Notes under the pieces: model-generated
The model's database searches: none
What the model was told of the DNA's origin: nothing
The model's input: the letters and a program-made list of their open reading frames with translations, nothing else
Translations under genes and position numbers: made by a program
Part shown: positions 8,682 through 18,367 of the stretch, one piece after another
Layout of the letters: each line of letters starts with the position of its first letter
Position numbering within the stretch: the first letter of the stretch is position 1
From: an uncultured Actinomycetes bacterium
GTDB lineage: Bacteria; Actinomycetota; Thermoleophilia; Gaiellales; Gaiellaceae
DNA: 64,000 bases
Direction: 5' to 3'
NCBI GenBank assembly: GCA_963809175.1
Contig: CAWEIK010000001.1
Span: 886,792 to 950,791 of the forward strand

Positions 8682-11600
8682 ATGAGCGCGCTCCCCGCCG
8701 GCACGGTCACGTTTCTGTTCTCCGACATCGAGGGCTCGACCGAGCTCCTGAAGGACCTCGGACGCGACGACTACGGCCGCGTCCTCTCGATCCACAACGA
8801 GCTCCTCCGGCAGGCCTTCGACGAGGCCGGCGGAGAGGAGATCGATCGTCAGGGCGACTCCTTCTTCGCGGTCTTCCGCAGCGCGGGCGCGGCCGTCCAG
8901 GGGGCGATCGCCGGCCAGCAGGCGCTCGCACGCCAGGAGTGGCCGGAGCGGACCGTCGTGCGCGTGCGCATGGGCGTCCACACGGGCGAGGCGACGCTCG
9001 GCGAGGACGGGTACGTCGGGTTCGCGGTCCACCAGGCGTCGCGGATCGGCGACGCCGGCCACGGCGGGCAGATCCTCCTCTCGTCCACGACCGCGCGGCT
9101 CGTGGAGCACGACCTGCCGCGCGACGTCTCGCTTCGCGACCTCGGCGAGAACCGGCTCGAGGGTCTCGACCGGCCGGAGCGTCTCTACCAGCTCGTCGTG
9201 CCGGGGCTTGCCGACGCGTTCCCGCCGCTCACGACGCGCGCCGCCATGGGAGTCGCTCCCGGCGGCGCGGTCCTGCTCGAGCGGGAGGCGGAGCTCGCGG
9301 CGCTCCGCGCGATGATCGAGGTCGCACGCGGGGGCAACGGCCGTTTCGTCGCGATCGAGGGCAACGCGGGCATCGGCAAGACCCGCCTCGTCGGCGAGAC
9401 GCGCTCGCTCGCGTCCACGGCGGGGATGCGGGTGCTGACCGCGCGCGGCGGCGAGCGAGAGCACGAGTTCTCGTTCGGGATCGTGCGACAGCTCTTCGAG
9501 CCCGTGCTCGCGCTGTCGTCGCCGGCCGAGCGCGAGGAGCTGCTGACGGGCGCGGCCGCACTCTCCGCACCGCTGTTCGACGAGCGCGGCCTGAGCGACC
9601 CGGAGGCGCTCGCGGACAACTCGTTCGCGACGCTGCACGGGCTCTTCTGGCTCGCGGGGAACCTCGCGACGCGCCAGCCGCTGCTCCTCGCGGTCGACGA
9701 CCTGCACTGGGGCGACGCCGCGTCGCTCCGTTGGCTCAGCTACACCGCGCGACGCCTCGAGGGTCTGCCGATCCTCGTCGTCGCGGGCACGCGCCCCTCG
9801 GCCCAGTCGAACGAGGAGGCGCTCGTTGCGGAGATGGTCGCCGACGCGGGCGCGGTCGTGATCCGGCCGCAGGTGCTGACGCTGCACGCTGCGGCGTCGC
9901 TGATCCGCGAGACAGCTCGCACGCGACGTCGACGTCGAGTTCGCGGACGCGTGTCACGAGGCGACCGGTGGGAACCCGCTCCTCCTCGGCGCGCTCCTCG
10001 ATGCGCTCTCGAGCGAGGGGATCGCGCCGAAGGCGAAGAACGCCGAGCGCGTGTACGAGATCGGCCCCGAGGCCGTCTCGCGCTCGGTCAGCCTCCGTCT
10101 CTCGCGTCTGCCGGCAGAGGCGACGTCACTCGCCCAGGCGGTCGCGGTCCTCGGAGACGACGTGCGCCTGTCCGACGCCGCGACGCTCGCGGGGATCGAC
10201 CGCGAGCTCGCTGCTCACACCGCCGCGACGCTCGCACGGAACGGGCTGCTGCGCGCGGAGCGTCGCCTTGCGTTCGTGCACCCGGTGGTGCGGGCCTCCG
10301 TGTACGCGGAGCTGAACGGTGCCGAGCGCGAGCGGAAGCACGCCGCGGCCGCAGCGCTGCTCGCCGAGGCGAGTGCGCCGACCGAGCAGGTGGCCGCCCA
10401 TCTGCTGCTGACCCGGCCGGGCTCGATCGAGGACGGGATCTCGACGCTCCGCCAGGCGGCCGACCGCGCGCTCGCCAAGGGCGACCCCGACGCCGCCGCG
10501 TCGTACCTCCGGCGCGCGGCGGACGAACCGCTCGAGAACGCCGATCGCGCCGAGCTGCTCTACCGGCTCGGCCTCGCGGAGCGCCTGGTCGACAGCCCGC
10601 TCGCCGCGCGGCACCTGCGCGAGGCGCATGCGCTCACGACCGACACGATCGGACGGGCCCGCATCGCGCTCGACCTCGGCCGCACGCTGCTCTACAGCCT
10701 TCAGGTCGAGGAGGCCGTCCAGGTGCTCGAGGCCGCGATCGAGTCGGTCGGCGAGAGCGACCTCGACCTCTGCCGGCGTCTCGAAGCAGGTCTGCTGACC
10801 GTCACGCTGATCTTCGCGCCGCTCTACCCGCTGGCGCGAAAGCAGATCGAGCGGGTGCGCAAGCTCCCGCTCGGCGACGACATCGGCTCGCGCCAGCTGC
10901 TCGGCCTGCTCGCGTTCGACGGCGCAAGGACGCTCGGCGACCGCGCGATGTGCGTCGACTACGCCGAGCGCGCGGTCGCCGGTGGTGCGCTCTTCTCGCA
11001 GGACAATCCGGCGTTCGCGTTCTCGACCGTCACGCTCACGGTCGCGGACTCGTGGGAGACCGCACGCGCGATCTTCGACGATGCGTTTGCCGACGCACGG
11101 ATCCGCGGCTCGATCTCGGCATTCGCCGTGGCGTCGATCTTCCGGGGCTACCTGCAGATCTTCACCGGCGACCTGAGCGAGGCCGAGGCGGACCTGCAGA
11201 ACGCGGTCGAGTCGAGCCGCCAGCACGGGCTCGCCAGCGGGCTGCCGTACGCGCTCGCCTTTCTCGCGGACGCGCAGATGCAGCGCGGCGATCTCGAGGC
11301 GGCGATCGAGACGCTCGCCCAGGTCGACGCGCTGCCCGAGCTCGCGCGTGAGCACTCGTTCGTCTACGACTCGCGCGGCACACTGCGCTACCTCCAGGGC
11401 CGCTACCGCGACGCGATCGCCGAGTTCGAGAAAGGGCGGCAGGTCTACGAGGCGCTCGGGGGGACGAACCCGGCGGTGATCGCGTGGCGCTCGCAGATGG
11501 CGCTTGCGCACCACCAGCTCGGAGCGACCGACGAGGCGAAGCGTCTCGCGGCCGAGGAGGTCGAGCTGGCACGCCGCTGGGGCGCGTCGCGCGCCCTGGC

Positions 11601-12090
11601 GAAGGCGCTTCGCGTCGCCGGGATGATCGAAGGCGGGGAGCCCGGGATCGAGCTGCTCGAGGAGGCCGTCGCCCTGCTGCACGACTCCGAGGCGATTCTC
11701 GAGCGGGCGCGGGGACTGCTCGAGCTGGGATCGGCGCTCAGGCGCGCGAACCGCCGCTCCGACGCGCGGGAGTACCTCAGGCAGGCGCTCGAGCTCGCCC
11801 ACCGCGGCGAGTCGGTCACGCTCGCGGCCCGCACCCAGGACGAGCTGATGGCGACCGGCGCTCGTCCGCGCCGCGTGGCGCTCAGCGGCCTGGATGCCCT
11901 CACCCCGAGCGAGCGGCGGGTCGCCGGCATGGCCGCCAAGGAGATGACGAACCGCGACATCGCCCAGGCGCTCTTCGTCACCCCGAAGACGGTCGAGGTG
12001 CACCTCTCGAGCGTCTACCGCAAGCTCGGGATCGCGTCGCGGGCCCAGCTCGCGGGCGCGCTCGGCGCCGAAACCGCCCTCGCCCCCTAG
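8682..12090 (+). pseudogene. class III nucleotidyl cyclase / AAA (STAND) ATPase / TPR / LuxR-HTH regulator, one frameshift
   Basis: N-terminus GTVTFLFSDIEGST (cyclase). P-loop GNAGIGKTRL. DDLHWGD. C-terminal LuxR HTH (LTPSERRVAGMAAKEMTNRDIAQALFVTPKTVEVHLSSVYRKLG). Frame 0 reads ..AASLIRET, then frame 1 reads LARDVDVEFADACHEATGGNPLLL from 9916. Frame 1 has a stop at 9901-9903, so the shift lies in 9904-9916. 3409 nt minus 1 gives 1136 codons. Confidence 0.8.
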
Positions 12091-12097
12091 ACGCCGG

Positions 12098-12128
12098 CCC
12101 CCCAAAACCTGGTGTCGATCTTGGGGGG
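12098..12128 (+). terminator. possible stem-loop after the LuxR-type regulator
   Basis: CCCCCCAA (12098-12105) pairs with TTGGGGGG (12121-12128) around a 15-nt loop, 8 nt after the stop. No U-tract. Confidence 0.3.
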
Positions 12129-12210
12129 TCGCCCCGATGCGACCGGTGCCCCCGCTGGCGCAGGATCAGCGCATCGAGAGGTTGACCAAGCGACTTTTGA
12201 GGAGGCAGCG

Positions 12211-12780
12211 ATGATCAAGGCAGGCGACACTCTGATGAACCCCGTCACGAAGGAGCGGATGACGTTCCTGAAGACGGCGGCGCAGACCGATGGGGAGTAC
12301 GTGCTGATCGAGCTTCGCGCCGCCCCCGGCGCGGTCGTCGCCGCGGCGCACGTCCACCCGCACCAGACCGAGACCTTCGAGGTGCTGAGCGGGACGCTCG
12401 GAGCGAAGATCGGCCGGAAGACGGTGGAAGCCAGGGCGGAAGGCGTCGTCGTGGTCGAGCCGCGGGTCGCTCACAAGTGGTGGAACGCCGGTGAGGACGA
12501 GCTCGTGTTCCGCGTCGAAGTCCGCCCGGCGCTGCAGTTCGAGCAGCTGATCGAGACGATGTTCGGCCTCGCGGCCGACGGCAAGACGAGCAAGAAGGGG
12601 ATGCCGAACCCGTTGCGGCTCGCGGTGATCGCGAACCACCACTTCGAGGACGTGCAGCTCCCGGTCGTGCCGAGGTGGCTGCAGAAGACGGCGCTTGCGC
12701 TGGGCGCACCGATCGGCCGCAGCCTCGGTTTCCAGCCCCACTACGCCCCGGCGGGCCAGCTCGCCGCGGCAACGACGTAG
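12211..12780 (+). CDS. cupin domain protein
   Basis: ATG at 12211 preceded by GAGGAGG. The HVHPHQTETFEVLSG cupin-type motif lies within this CDS. The 222-aa track ORF starts earlier without an RBS. Confidence 0.7.
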   Translation: MIKAGDTLMNPVTKERMTFLKTAAQTDGEYVLIELRAAPGAVVAAAHVHPHQTETFEVLSGTLGAKIGRKTVEARAEGVVVVEPRVAHKWWNAGEDELVFRVEVRPALQFEQLIETMFGLAADGKTSKKGMPNPLRLAVIANHHFEDVQLPVVPRWLQKTALALGAPIGRSLGFQPHYAPAGQLAAATT

Positions 12781-12796
12781 GCGAGAGGAGCACGAG

Positions 12797-12925
12797 ATGC
12801 CGAAGTGGGTCTACTTCACCGCCCTGGCGATTGCGCTCCTCACGCTTGCTGTGGGAGGCTGGATCGTCAAGGGGATCAAGTCCGCAACGAAGCCGGCGGG
12901 GCGCCTCGCGCCCCGGCCGGCCTGA
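12797..12925 (+). CDS. small membrane protein
   Basis: ATG 12797 after GAGAGGAG. 42 aa, MPKWVYFTALAIALLTLAVGGWIV (one TM helix). Confidence 0.4.
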   Translation: MPKWVYFTALAIALLTLAVGGWIVKGIKSATKPAGRLAPRPA

Positions 12926-12936
12926 GGAGAGAAGCG

Positions 12937-13278
12937 ATGGCAAACCTGACCGGCTCCTGGCTCGCCTTTCGACTCGGCGTCGACCCGGTGCGGATCGACC
13001 GCATGCGCAAGGACTGCGAGCTCTACGCGACCCGGAACGACTCGGGCGAGTGGGAGTACCCGTCCTGGCAGTTCGACGCCGCGGGCGAGCTGAAGCCGGC
13101 GGTGGCGGAGTTCCTCGCGGCCGCCCGGAAGGAGCGAATCGCTCCAGCCGAGCTGACCGAGCTGCTCGAGCGTCGGGTCGGCCTCGCCGGTGGTAAGCGC
13201 GTGCGAGACCTGCTGCTCAACGGGACTCAGTCACTGTCGGCGAAGCGAGTGATCCAGTCGCCGAGCGCCGGCTCGTAG
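12937..13278 (+). CDS. hypothetical protein (possible HTH / antitoxin-like fold)
   Basis: ATG 12937 after GAGGAGAGAAG. 113 aa. The 3-prime 52 nt overlap the convergent hydrolase gene. Confidence 0.5.
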   Translation: MANLTGSWLAFRLGVDPVRIDRMRKDCELYATRNDSGEWEYPSWQFDAAGELKPAVAEFLAAARKERIAPAELTELLERRVGLAGGKRVRDLLLNGTQSLSAKRVIQSPSAGS

Positions 13279-14111
13279 CCCGCGTGCAGGGTCTTCGGAT
13301 CGCCGTTCTGTAGGCGGTGATCGGCCCCGGGGAGCGTCACGACGTCCAGGCTTTCCGGACGGTCGGCGCGCGCGGCGCGGAAGACGGCGATGCTCGCCTC
13401 GACGGGGACGTGAAGGTCCTCGTCGCCGAAGATCGCGAGCAGCGGACACTCGATCCGCTCGAGGGCGGTGCGGGGGTCGTGGTCGAGCCAGCGGCGCACG
13501 AGCTCGAGCTCGAGGGCGTCCGGCGGACCGTCCCCGCCGGCCGCGGCCAGGACGGTCTCGAAGTCTGCACCGTCGCGGACGAGCGCCATGAGCGCGTCCT
13601 GCTTCGCGAGCGCCCCGGCGATCGCGTCGGCCGGCGCTCCCGCGGCGGCCATGTGGGCTTCGGTGGCGTAGCGCTCCTGTCGCTCCATCGTGACGCCCGG
13701 GCCGGAGTTGGTGACGACGAAGGCGACCGACGGATCGGCCGCCGCGACCTCGAGCACGACCCAGCCGCCCTGGCTGTGGCCGAACAACCCGAGCCGGGCG
13801 GGGTTCATTCCGGGCGTCGCTCGTAGGCAGGCCAGCTGCGCCGCGACGTCGGCCGCCTGCTCGGCCGGGCCCGTGTCGCGCCAGTCGCCCGTCGAGCCGC
13901 CGACGCCCCGCTTGTCGAACGACGCCGCAGCGATGCCGCGCTCCAGCAGGCCGGCCCGGATCGTCGTGAAGTAGCCGTCGTTGTCGCGGTCCGACGGCCC
14001 CGAGCCGGGAACCATCAGCACCGTGGCCTGAGGCTCGCCGTCGGGCAGATGAAGCGTTCCCGCGAGGGCGAGCTCGCCGTTCGTTGCCTGGAGCTCGAGT
14101 GGTGCCGTCAT
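13227..14111 (-). CDS. alpha/beta hydrolase
   Basis: 294-aa ORF with nucleophile elbow GHSQGG. Confidence 0.8.
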   Translation of the reverse strand: MTAPLELQATNGELALAGTLHLPDGEPQATVLMVPGSGPSDRDNDGYFTTIRAGLLERGIAAASFDKRGVGGSTGDWRDTGPAEQAADVAAQLACLRATPGMNPARLGLFGHSQGGWVVLEVAAADPSVAFVVTNSGPGVTMERQERYATEAHMAAAGAPADAIAGALAKQDALMALVRDGADFETVLAAAGGDGPPDALELELVRRWLDHDPRTALERIECPLLAIFGDEDLHVPVEASIAVFRAARADRPESLDVVTLPGADHRLQNGDPKTLHAGYEPALGDWITRFADSD

Positions 14112-14130
14112 GGGAAGACCGTATCATTAT

Positions 14131-14148
14131 CTGAAAGGATCCTTTCAG
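14131..14148. promoter_or_regulatory. perfect 18-bp palindrome, candidate ArsR-family operator
   Basis: CTGAAAGGATCCTTTCAG read directly. It lies in the 42-nt gap between the divergent hydrolase (start 14111) and ArsR-type gene (start 14154). Confidence 0.5.
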
Positions 14149-14153
14149 AGTCC

Positions 14154-14714
14154 ATGAAGAACCCGGAAAACGTCGTTCGAGTGACCGATCCCCGGGCGCT
14201 GCAGGCGCTCGCCCACCCGACGCGGGTCTCGCTGCTCGATCACCTGATGGCAGTCGGCCCACGCACGGCGAGCCAGTGCGCCGAGGCGGTTGGTGAGTCC
14301 GCGTCCACCTGCAGCTGGCACATGCGCCAACTCGCTCGGTTCGGCTTCGTCGAGCGAGTCGATTCGGACGACGGTCGCGAGCGGCCGTGGCGCGCGACTG
14401 CCACCGGGTTCGCGTACGACCCGGCGGAGACAGACGACCACCTCGAAGGAGCGGTCCTGATGACGCAGCTTCGAGCCGAGGAGGAGGCGTTGCTGCGGCA
14501 CCTCGTGGCGCGCGACGAGCTACCGCAGCCGTGGCGCGACGCGAGCGTCGTGCACACGTACCACCTGTTGATGACGCCCGACGAGCTCGCGGCGCTCGAA
14601 TCGCAGCTCGACCGGGCGATCCGGCCCTACATCGCGCTCACGCGCGACGACACCCCGGCGGACGCGCGTCCGGTCCGGCTGCACCTCCGCGCGTACGGCG
14701 AGAGCCGGTCCTAG
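14154..14714 (+). CDS. ArsR-family winged-helix transcriptional regulator with C-terminal extension
   Basis: ATG 14154. LQALAHPTRVSLLDHL..ASQCAEAVGESASTCSWHMRQLARFGFVE. Confidence 0.75.
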   Translation: MKNPENVVRVTDPRALQALAHPTRVSLLDHLMAVGPRTASQCAEAVGESASTCSWHMRQLARFGFVERVDSDDGRERPWRATATGFAYDPAETDDHLEGAVLMTQLRAEEEALLRHLVARDELPQPWRDASVVHTYHLLMTPDELAALESQLDRAIRPYIALTRDDTPADARPVRLHLRAYGESRS

Positions 14715-16063
14715 CTCGCGTACTCGTCCGCGATCGCGAGCACCTCGTCGAGGACGCCGAGGCCCTCGTCGAGCTCCTCGCGGGTGATCGTCAGCGGCGG
14801 CGCGATGATCACGACGTTCCAGTGCACGAAGAGGTAGAGGCCGCGCTCCATCGCCGCCTTCGCGATCCGGTTGACCGGCGCCGCGGCGTCGCCCGCCGCG
14901 TTGAAGGGGACGAGCGGCTCGCGCGTCTCGCGGTTCGTGACGAGCTCGAGCCCGAAGAAGAGCCCCTTGCCGCGGACGTCGCCGATCGACGGGTGCCGCT
15001 CCGCGAGTCGCGGCAGCTCGACCGCGAGGTACTCGCCGAGCGACGCCGAGTTCTCGACGATGCCTTCCTCCTTGAACGCCTCGATCGACGCGACCGCCGA
15101 CGCGCACGCGAGCACGTGGCCCGAGTACGTGAGGCCGCCGGCGAACGGCTTGTCCTGCAACCAGTCGGAGAGCTTCTCGTTCACGACCATCGCACCGAGC
15201 GGGACGTAGCCCGAGTTGATGCCCTTCGCGACGGTGAGGATGTCGGGGACGACGTCCCAGTGCTCGCAGGCGAACCACTTGCCGCTGCGACCGAAGCCCG
15301 CCATCACCTCGTCGCAGATCAGCAGGATGCCGTGCCGGTCGCAGACCTCGCGGATCGACTGCAGGTAGCCGTCGGGCGGGACGATCAGCCCGTTCGTGCC
15401 GACGATCGTCTCGAGGATCACGGCGGCGACGGTGTGCGCGCCTTCGTATTGCAGGATCTCCTCGAGGTGCGGCCCGCCCGAGCACACGGGGCACGGATCC
15501 GGGTGCCCCGCAGGACACCGGTACGTGTACGGGTCGAGCATGCGCACGACGCCGGGGATGCCGGGCTCGGCGGGCCAGCGGCGCGGGTCGCCGGTCAGCG
15601 TGATCGCACCGGCGGTCGCGCCGTGGTACGAGCGGTAGCGCGCGATCACCTTCTGGCGGCCGGTCGCCCAGCGCGCGAGCTTGATCGCGTTCTCGTTCGC
15701 CTCCGCGCCGCCGTTCGTGAAGAAGGACATCTTCAGGTCGCCGGGCGTGACCTCGGCGATCAGGCGCGCGAGCTCCGAGCGCTTCTCGTGCGCCATCGGC
15801 GGCCCGATCGTCGTCAGCTTGTCGGCCTGCTCCTTGATCGCGGCGACGACCTTCGGGTGCTGGTGCCCGATCGAGACGTTGACGAGCTGCGAGGCGAAGT
15901 CGAGGTAGCGGTTCCCGTCGTAGTCCCAGAACCAGCAGCCCTCGGCGCCTGCGACCGGCAGCGGGTTGATCTGGTTCTGCACCGACCAGGAGTGGAGGAC
16001 GTACTCCTTGTCGAGCTCCCGAATCCGCTGTCCGAGCTCGCGATCCTCGCCCACGACGGCCAT
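14711..16063 (-). CDS. class III (omega-amino acid / beta-alanine-pyruvate type) aminotransferase
   Basis: 450-aa ORF. DEVMAGFGRSGKWF and TVAKGINSGYVPLG (PLP-lysine region) motifs. Confidence 0.85.
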   Translation of the reverse strand: MAVVGEDRELGQRIRELDKEYVLHSWSVQNQINPLPVAGAEGCWFWDYDGNRYLDFASQLVNVSIGHQHPKVVAAIKEQADKLTTIGPPMAHEKRSELARLIAEVTPGDLKMSFFTNGGAEANENAIKLARWATGRQKVIARYRSYHGATAGAITLTGDPRRWPAEPGIPGVVRMLDPYTYRCPAGHPDPCPVCSGGPHLEEILQYEGAHTVAAVILETIVGTNGLIVPPDGYLQSIREVCDRHGILLICDEVMAGFGRSGKWFACEHWDVVPDILTVAKGINSGYVPLGAMVVNEKLSDWLQDKPFAGGLTYSGHVLACASAVASIEAFKEEGIVENSASLGEYLAVELPRLAERHPSIGDVRGKGLFFGLELVTNRETREPLVPFNAAGDAAAPVNRIAKAAMERGLYLFVHWNVVIIAPPLTITREELDEGLGVLDEVLAIADEYAS

Positions 16064-16089
16064 CGCGCGAAGCGTAGTCGCGCTAGGGT

Positions 16090-16109
16090 CCTCCTGTCAC
16101 GTGAGGAGG
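16090..16109. promoter_or_regulatory. imperfect palindrome containing the mmsA Shine-Dalgarno
   Basis: CCTCCTGTCACGTGAGGAGG. The core TCACGTGA is a perfect palindrome, flanked by CCTCC/GGAGG. The GGAGG lies 5 nt before ATG 16115. Confidence 0.3.
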
Positions 16110-16114
16110 CAGCC

Positions 16115-17647
16115 ATGACGGAGATTGCAGAGGCACCGGTCGCCGCGAAGAGCGGCGAGGTCAAGCGGATTTCACACTGGATCGGCGGCAAGTCGGTCGC
16201 CGGGACGTCGGGTCGAAACGGCCCCGTCTACAACCCGGCGCAGGGCCGGCAGGCCGCAGAGGTCGACTTCGCCTCGGTCGAGGAGATCGACCAGGCGGTC
16301 CAGGCTGCCAAGGAGGCATTCCCCGCGTGGCGTGCGATGTCGCTGTCTCGCCGCACCGAGTTGTTCTTCAGGGTCCGAGAGCTCGTCCACGTGCACCGCG
16401 AGGACATCGCGAAGCTGCTCACGGCCGAGCACGGCAAGGTGCTCTCCGACGCGCTGGGCGAGGTTGCGCGCGGGCTCGAGGTGATCGAGTACTGCTGCGG
16501 GATGCCCGAGCTGCTGAAGGGCGAGTTCTCCGAGCAGGCCTCGTCGGGGATCGACGTCTACTCGATCCGCCAGCCCTTGGGTGTCGTCGCAGGCATCACG
16601 CCTTTCAATTTCCCAGCGATGGTGCCCATGTGGATGTGGGCGCCCGCGCTCGCGTGCGGCAACACGTTCGTGCTCAAGCCTTCCGAGAAGGATCCGTCCG
16701 CGTCGGTGTACACCGCCGAGCTGCTGAAGGAAGCCGGCGTTCCCGACGGCGTCTTCAACGTCGTGCACGGCGACAAGGTCGCGGTCGACGCGATCCTCGA
16801 GCACCCCGAGATCAAGGCGGTCTCGTTCGTCGGCTCGACCCCGATCGCCAAGTACGTGTACGAGAACGCGACGAAGCACGGCAAGCGCGCGCAGGCGCTC
16901 GGCGGCGCGAAGAACCACATGATCGTGCTGCCCGACGCCGACGTCGACATGGCCGCCGACGCCGCGGTCTCCGCCGCGTACGGCTCCGCCGGCGAGCGGT
17001 GCATGGCGATCTCGCAGGTCGTCGCCGTCGGCGACGTCGCCGACCGCTTCATCGAGGCGGTCAAGGCGCGCATCCCGAAGGTCAAGGTCGGCGACGGGAT
17101 GCAGCCCGACTCCGAGATGGGCCCGCTCGTCACGCGCGAGCACCGCGACAAGGTTGCGTCGTACGTCGCGGGCACGGCGGACGAAGGCGGCAAGGTCATC
17201 GTCGACGGCCGCGAGTCGACGCCGGAAGGCGACGGCTTCTGGCTCGGCGTCTCGCTGCTCGACGACCTGAAGCCCGGGATGAAGGCGTACGACGACGAGA
17301 TCTTCGGTCCCGTGCTCGGCGTCACGCGCGTCGACACGTACGACGAGGCGGTCAAGCTCGTGAACGACAACCCGTACGGCAACGGCACCGCGATCTTCAC
17401 GCGCGACGGCGGCGTCGCCCGCAAGTTCCAGTTCGAGGTGCAGGCCGGCATGGTCGGGATCAACGTGCCGATCCCGGTGCCCGTCGCGTACTACTCGTTC
17501 GGCGGCTGGAAGGCGTCGCTCTTCGGGGACACGCACATCTACGGGCCGGAAGGGATCTCGTTCTACACGCGCGGCAAGGTGGTCACGTCGCGCTGGCCCG
17601 ACCCCGCGACGTCGAAGGTCGATCTGGGCTTTCCACAAACGCGTTGA
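16115..17647 (+). CDS. mmsA: CoA-acylating methylmalonate-semialdehyde dehydrogenase
   Basis: Last 510 aa of the 1086-aa track ORF. ATG 16115 after GAGGAGG. Aldehyde dehydrogenase motifs including GERCMA and FTRDGG. Confidence 0.9.
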   Translation: MTEIAEAPVAAKSGEVKRISHWIGGKSVAGTSGRNGPVYNPAQGRQAAEVDFASVEEIDQAVQAAKEAFPAWRAMSLSRRTELFFRVRELVHVHREDIAKLLTAEHGKVLSDALGEVARGLEVIEYCCGMPELLKGEFSEQASSGIDVYSIRQPLGVVAGITPFNFPAMVPMWMWAPALACGNTFVLKPSEKDPSASVYTAELLKEAGVPDGVFNVVHGDKVAVDAILEHPEIKAVSFVGSTPIAKYVYENATKHGKRAQALGGAKNHMIVLPDADVDMAADAAVSAAYGSAGERCMAISQVVAVGDVADRFIEAVKARIPKVKVGDGMQPDSEMGPLVTREHRDKVASYVAGTADEGGKVIVDGRESTPEGDGFWLGVSLLDDLKPGMKAYDDEIFGPVLGVTRVDTYDEAVKLVNDNPYGNGTAIFTRDGGVARKFQFEVQAGMVGINVPIPVPVAYYSFGGWKASLFGDTHIYGPEGISFYTRGKVVTSRWPDPATSKVDLGFPQTR

Positions 17648-18367
17648 CCGAGTTCAGCGAGGGCGGGAGCGACATCGTCCGCCACGAGGCGCGCGAGCGG
17701 GAGTTCGAGCCGGCGGTCGGCGACGCGACGCTCATCGACGGGGTGACCGCGCATCTCGAGCGCTACGTTCCCGGCGAGCAGACCGTCTGGCACGAGCTCG
17801 TGTCGGATCTCGTCCACGTCGACGTGCACACGGTCCCAACTGCACCGGGCCGCGACTGGACGACGCTCGTGACGTCGGGGATGGCCGAGCGTCCGATGGA
17901 CGCGCCCGAGTCGATGCTGGAGTACCGCTTCGCCGAGTTGACGATCGCGCTGCCGCCCGATTGGCCGCTGACGCAGGGCGCTCGAGGACGAGGCGAACTC
18001 GTGGCCCGTCGAGCTGCTCAAGTTCCTGGCGCGGATGCCGCATCTGTACGAGACGTTCCTCTCCCGCGGCCACACGGTCCCGAACGGGAGCCCGCCCGAC
18101 GCGTTCGGGCCGAACACCGAGCTCTGCTGCGCGTTCCTCGCACCCCCGAGGCTCGGGCCGGACGGCTTCGACCGGATCGAGCTCGCCGACGGCCGCACCG
18201 TTCATCTGCATGGGCTCGTGCCGATCTACCGGGACGAGATGGACTTCAAGCTCAAGAAGGGCGCCGACGCGCTGCAATCGTTGTTCGAGGAGCACGGCGT
18301 GACGGAGCTGATCGATCCCGCCCGACCGAGCGTCGCACCGCCCAAGCGCGGGCTCTTCCGGCGGTGA
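17644..18367 (+). pseudogene. SUFU-like (suppressor-of-fused family) protein, one frameshift
   Basis: Frame 1 reads IVRHEAREREFEPAVGD..LVTSGMAERPM..LPPDWPLTQ. Frame 2 reads ALEDEANSWPVELLKFLARMPHLYETFLSRGHTVPNG. The junction is at the GGG run 17976-17978. The putative TTG start overlaps the mmsA stop (TTGA), and the stop overlaps the next gene's start (GTGA). Confidence 0.6.

Noticed and set aside
12937-13278. Possible antitoxin (Xre/ParS-like) implying a toxin-antitoxin pair
   Set aside because: There is only a vague resemblance of the C-terminal segment. No toxin-like partner gene is adjacent; the next gene is a convergent alpha/beta hydrolase.
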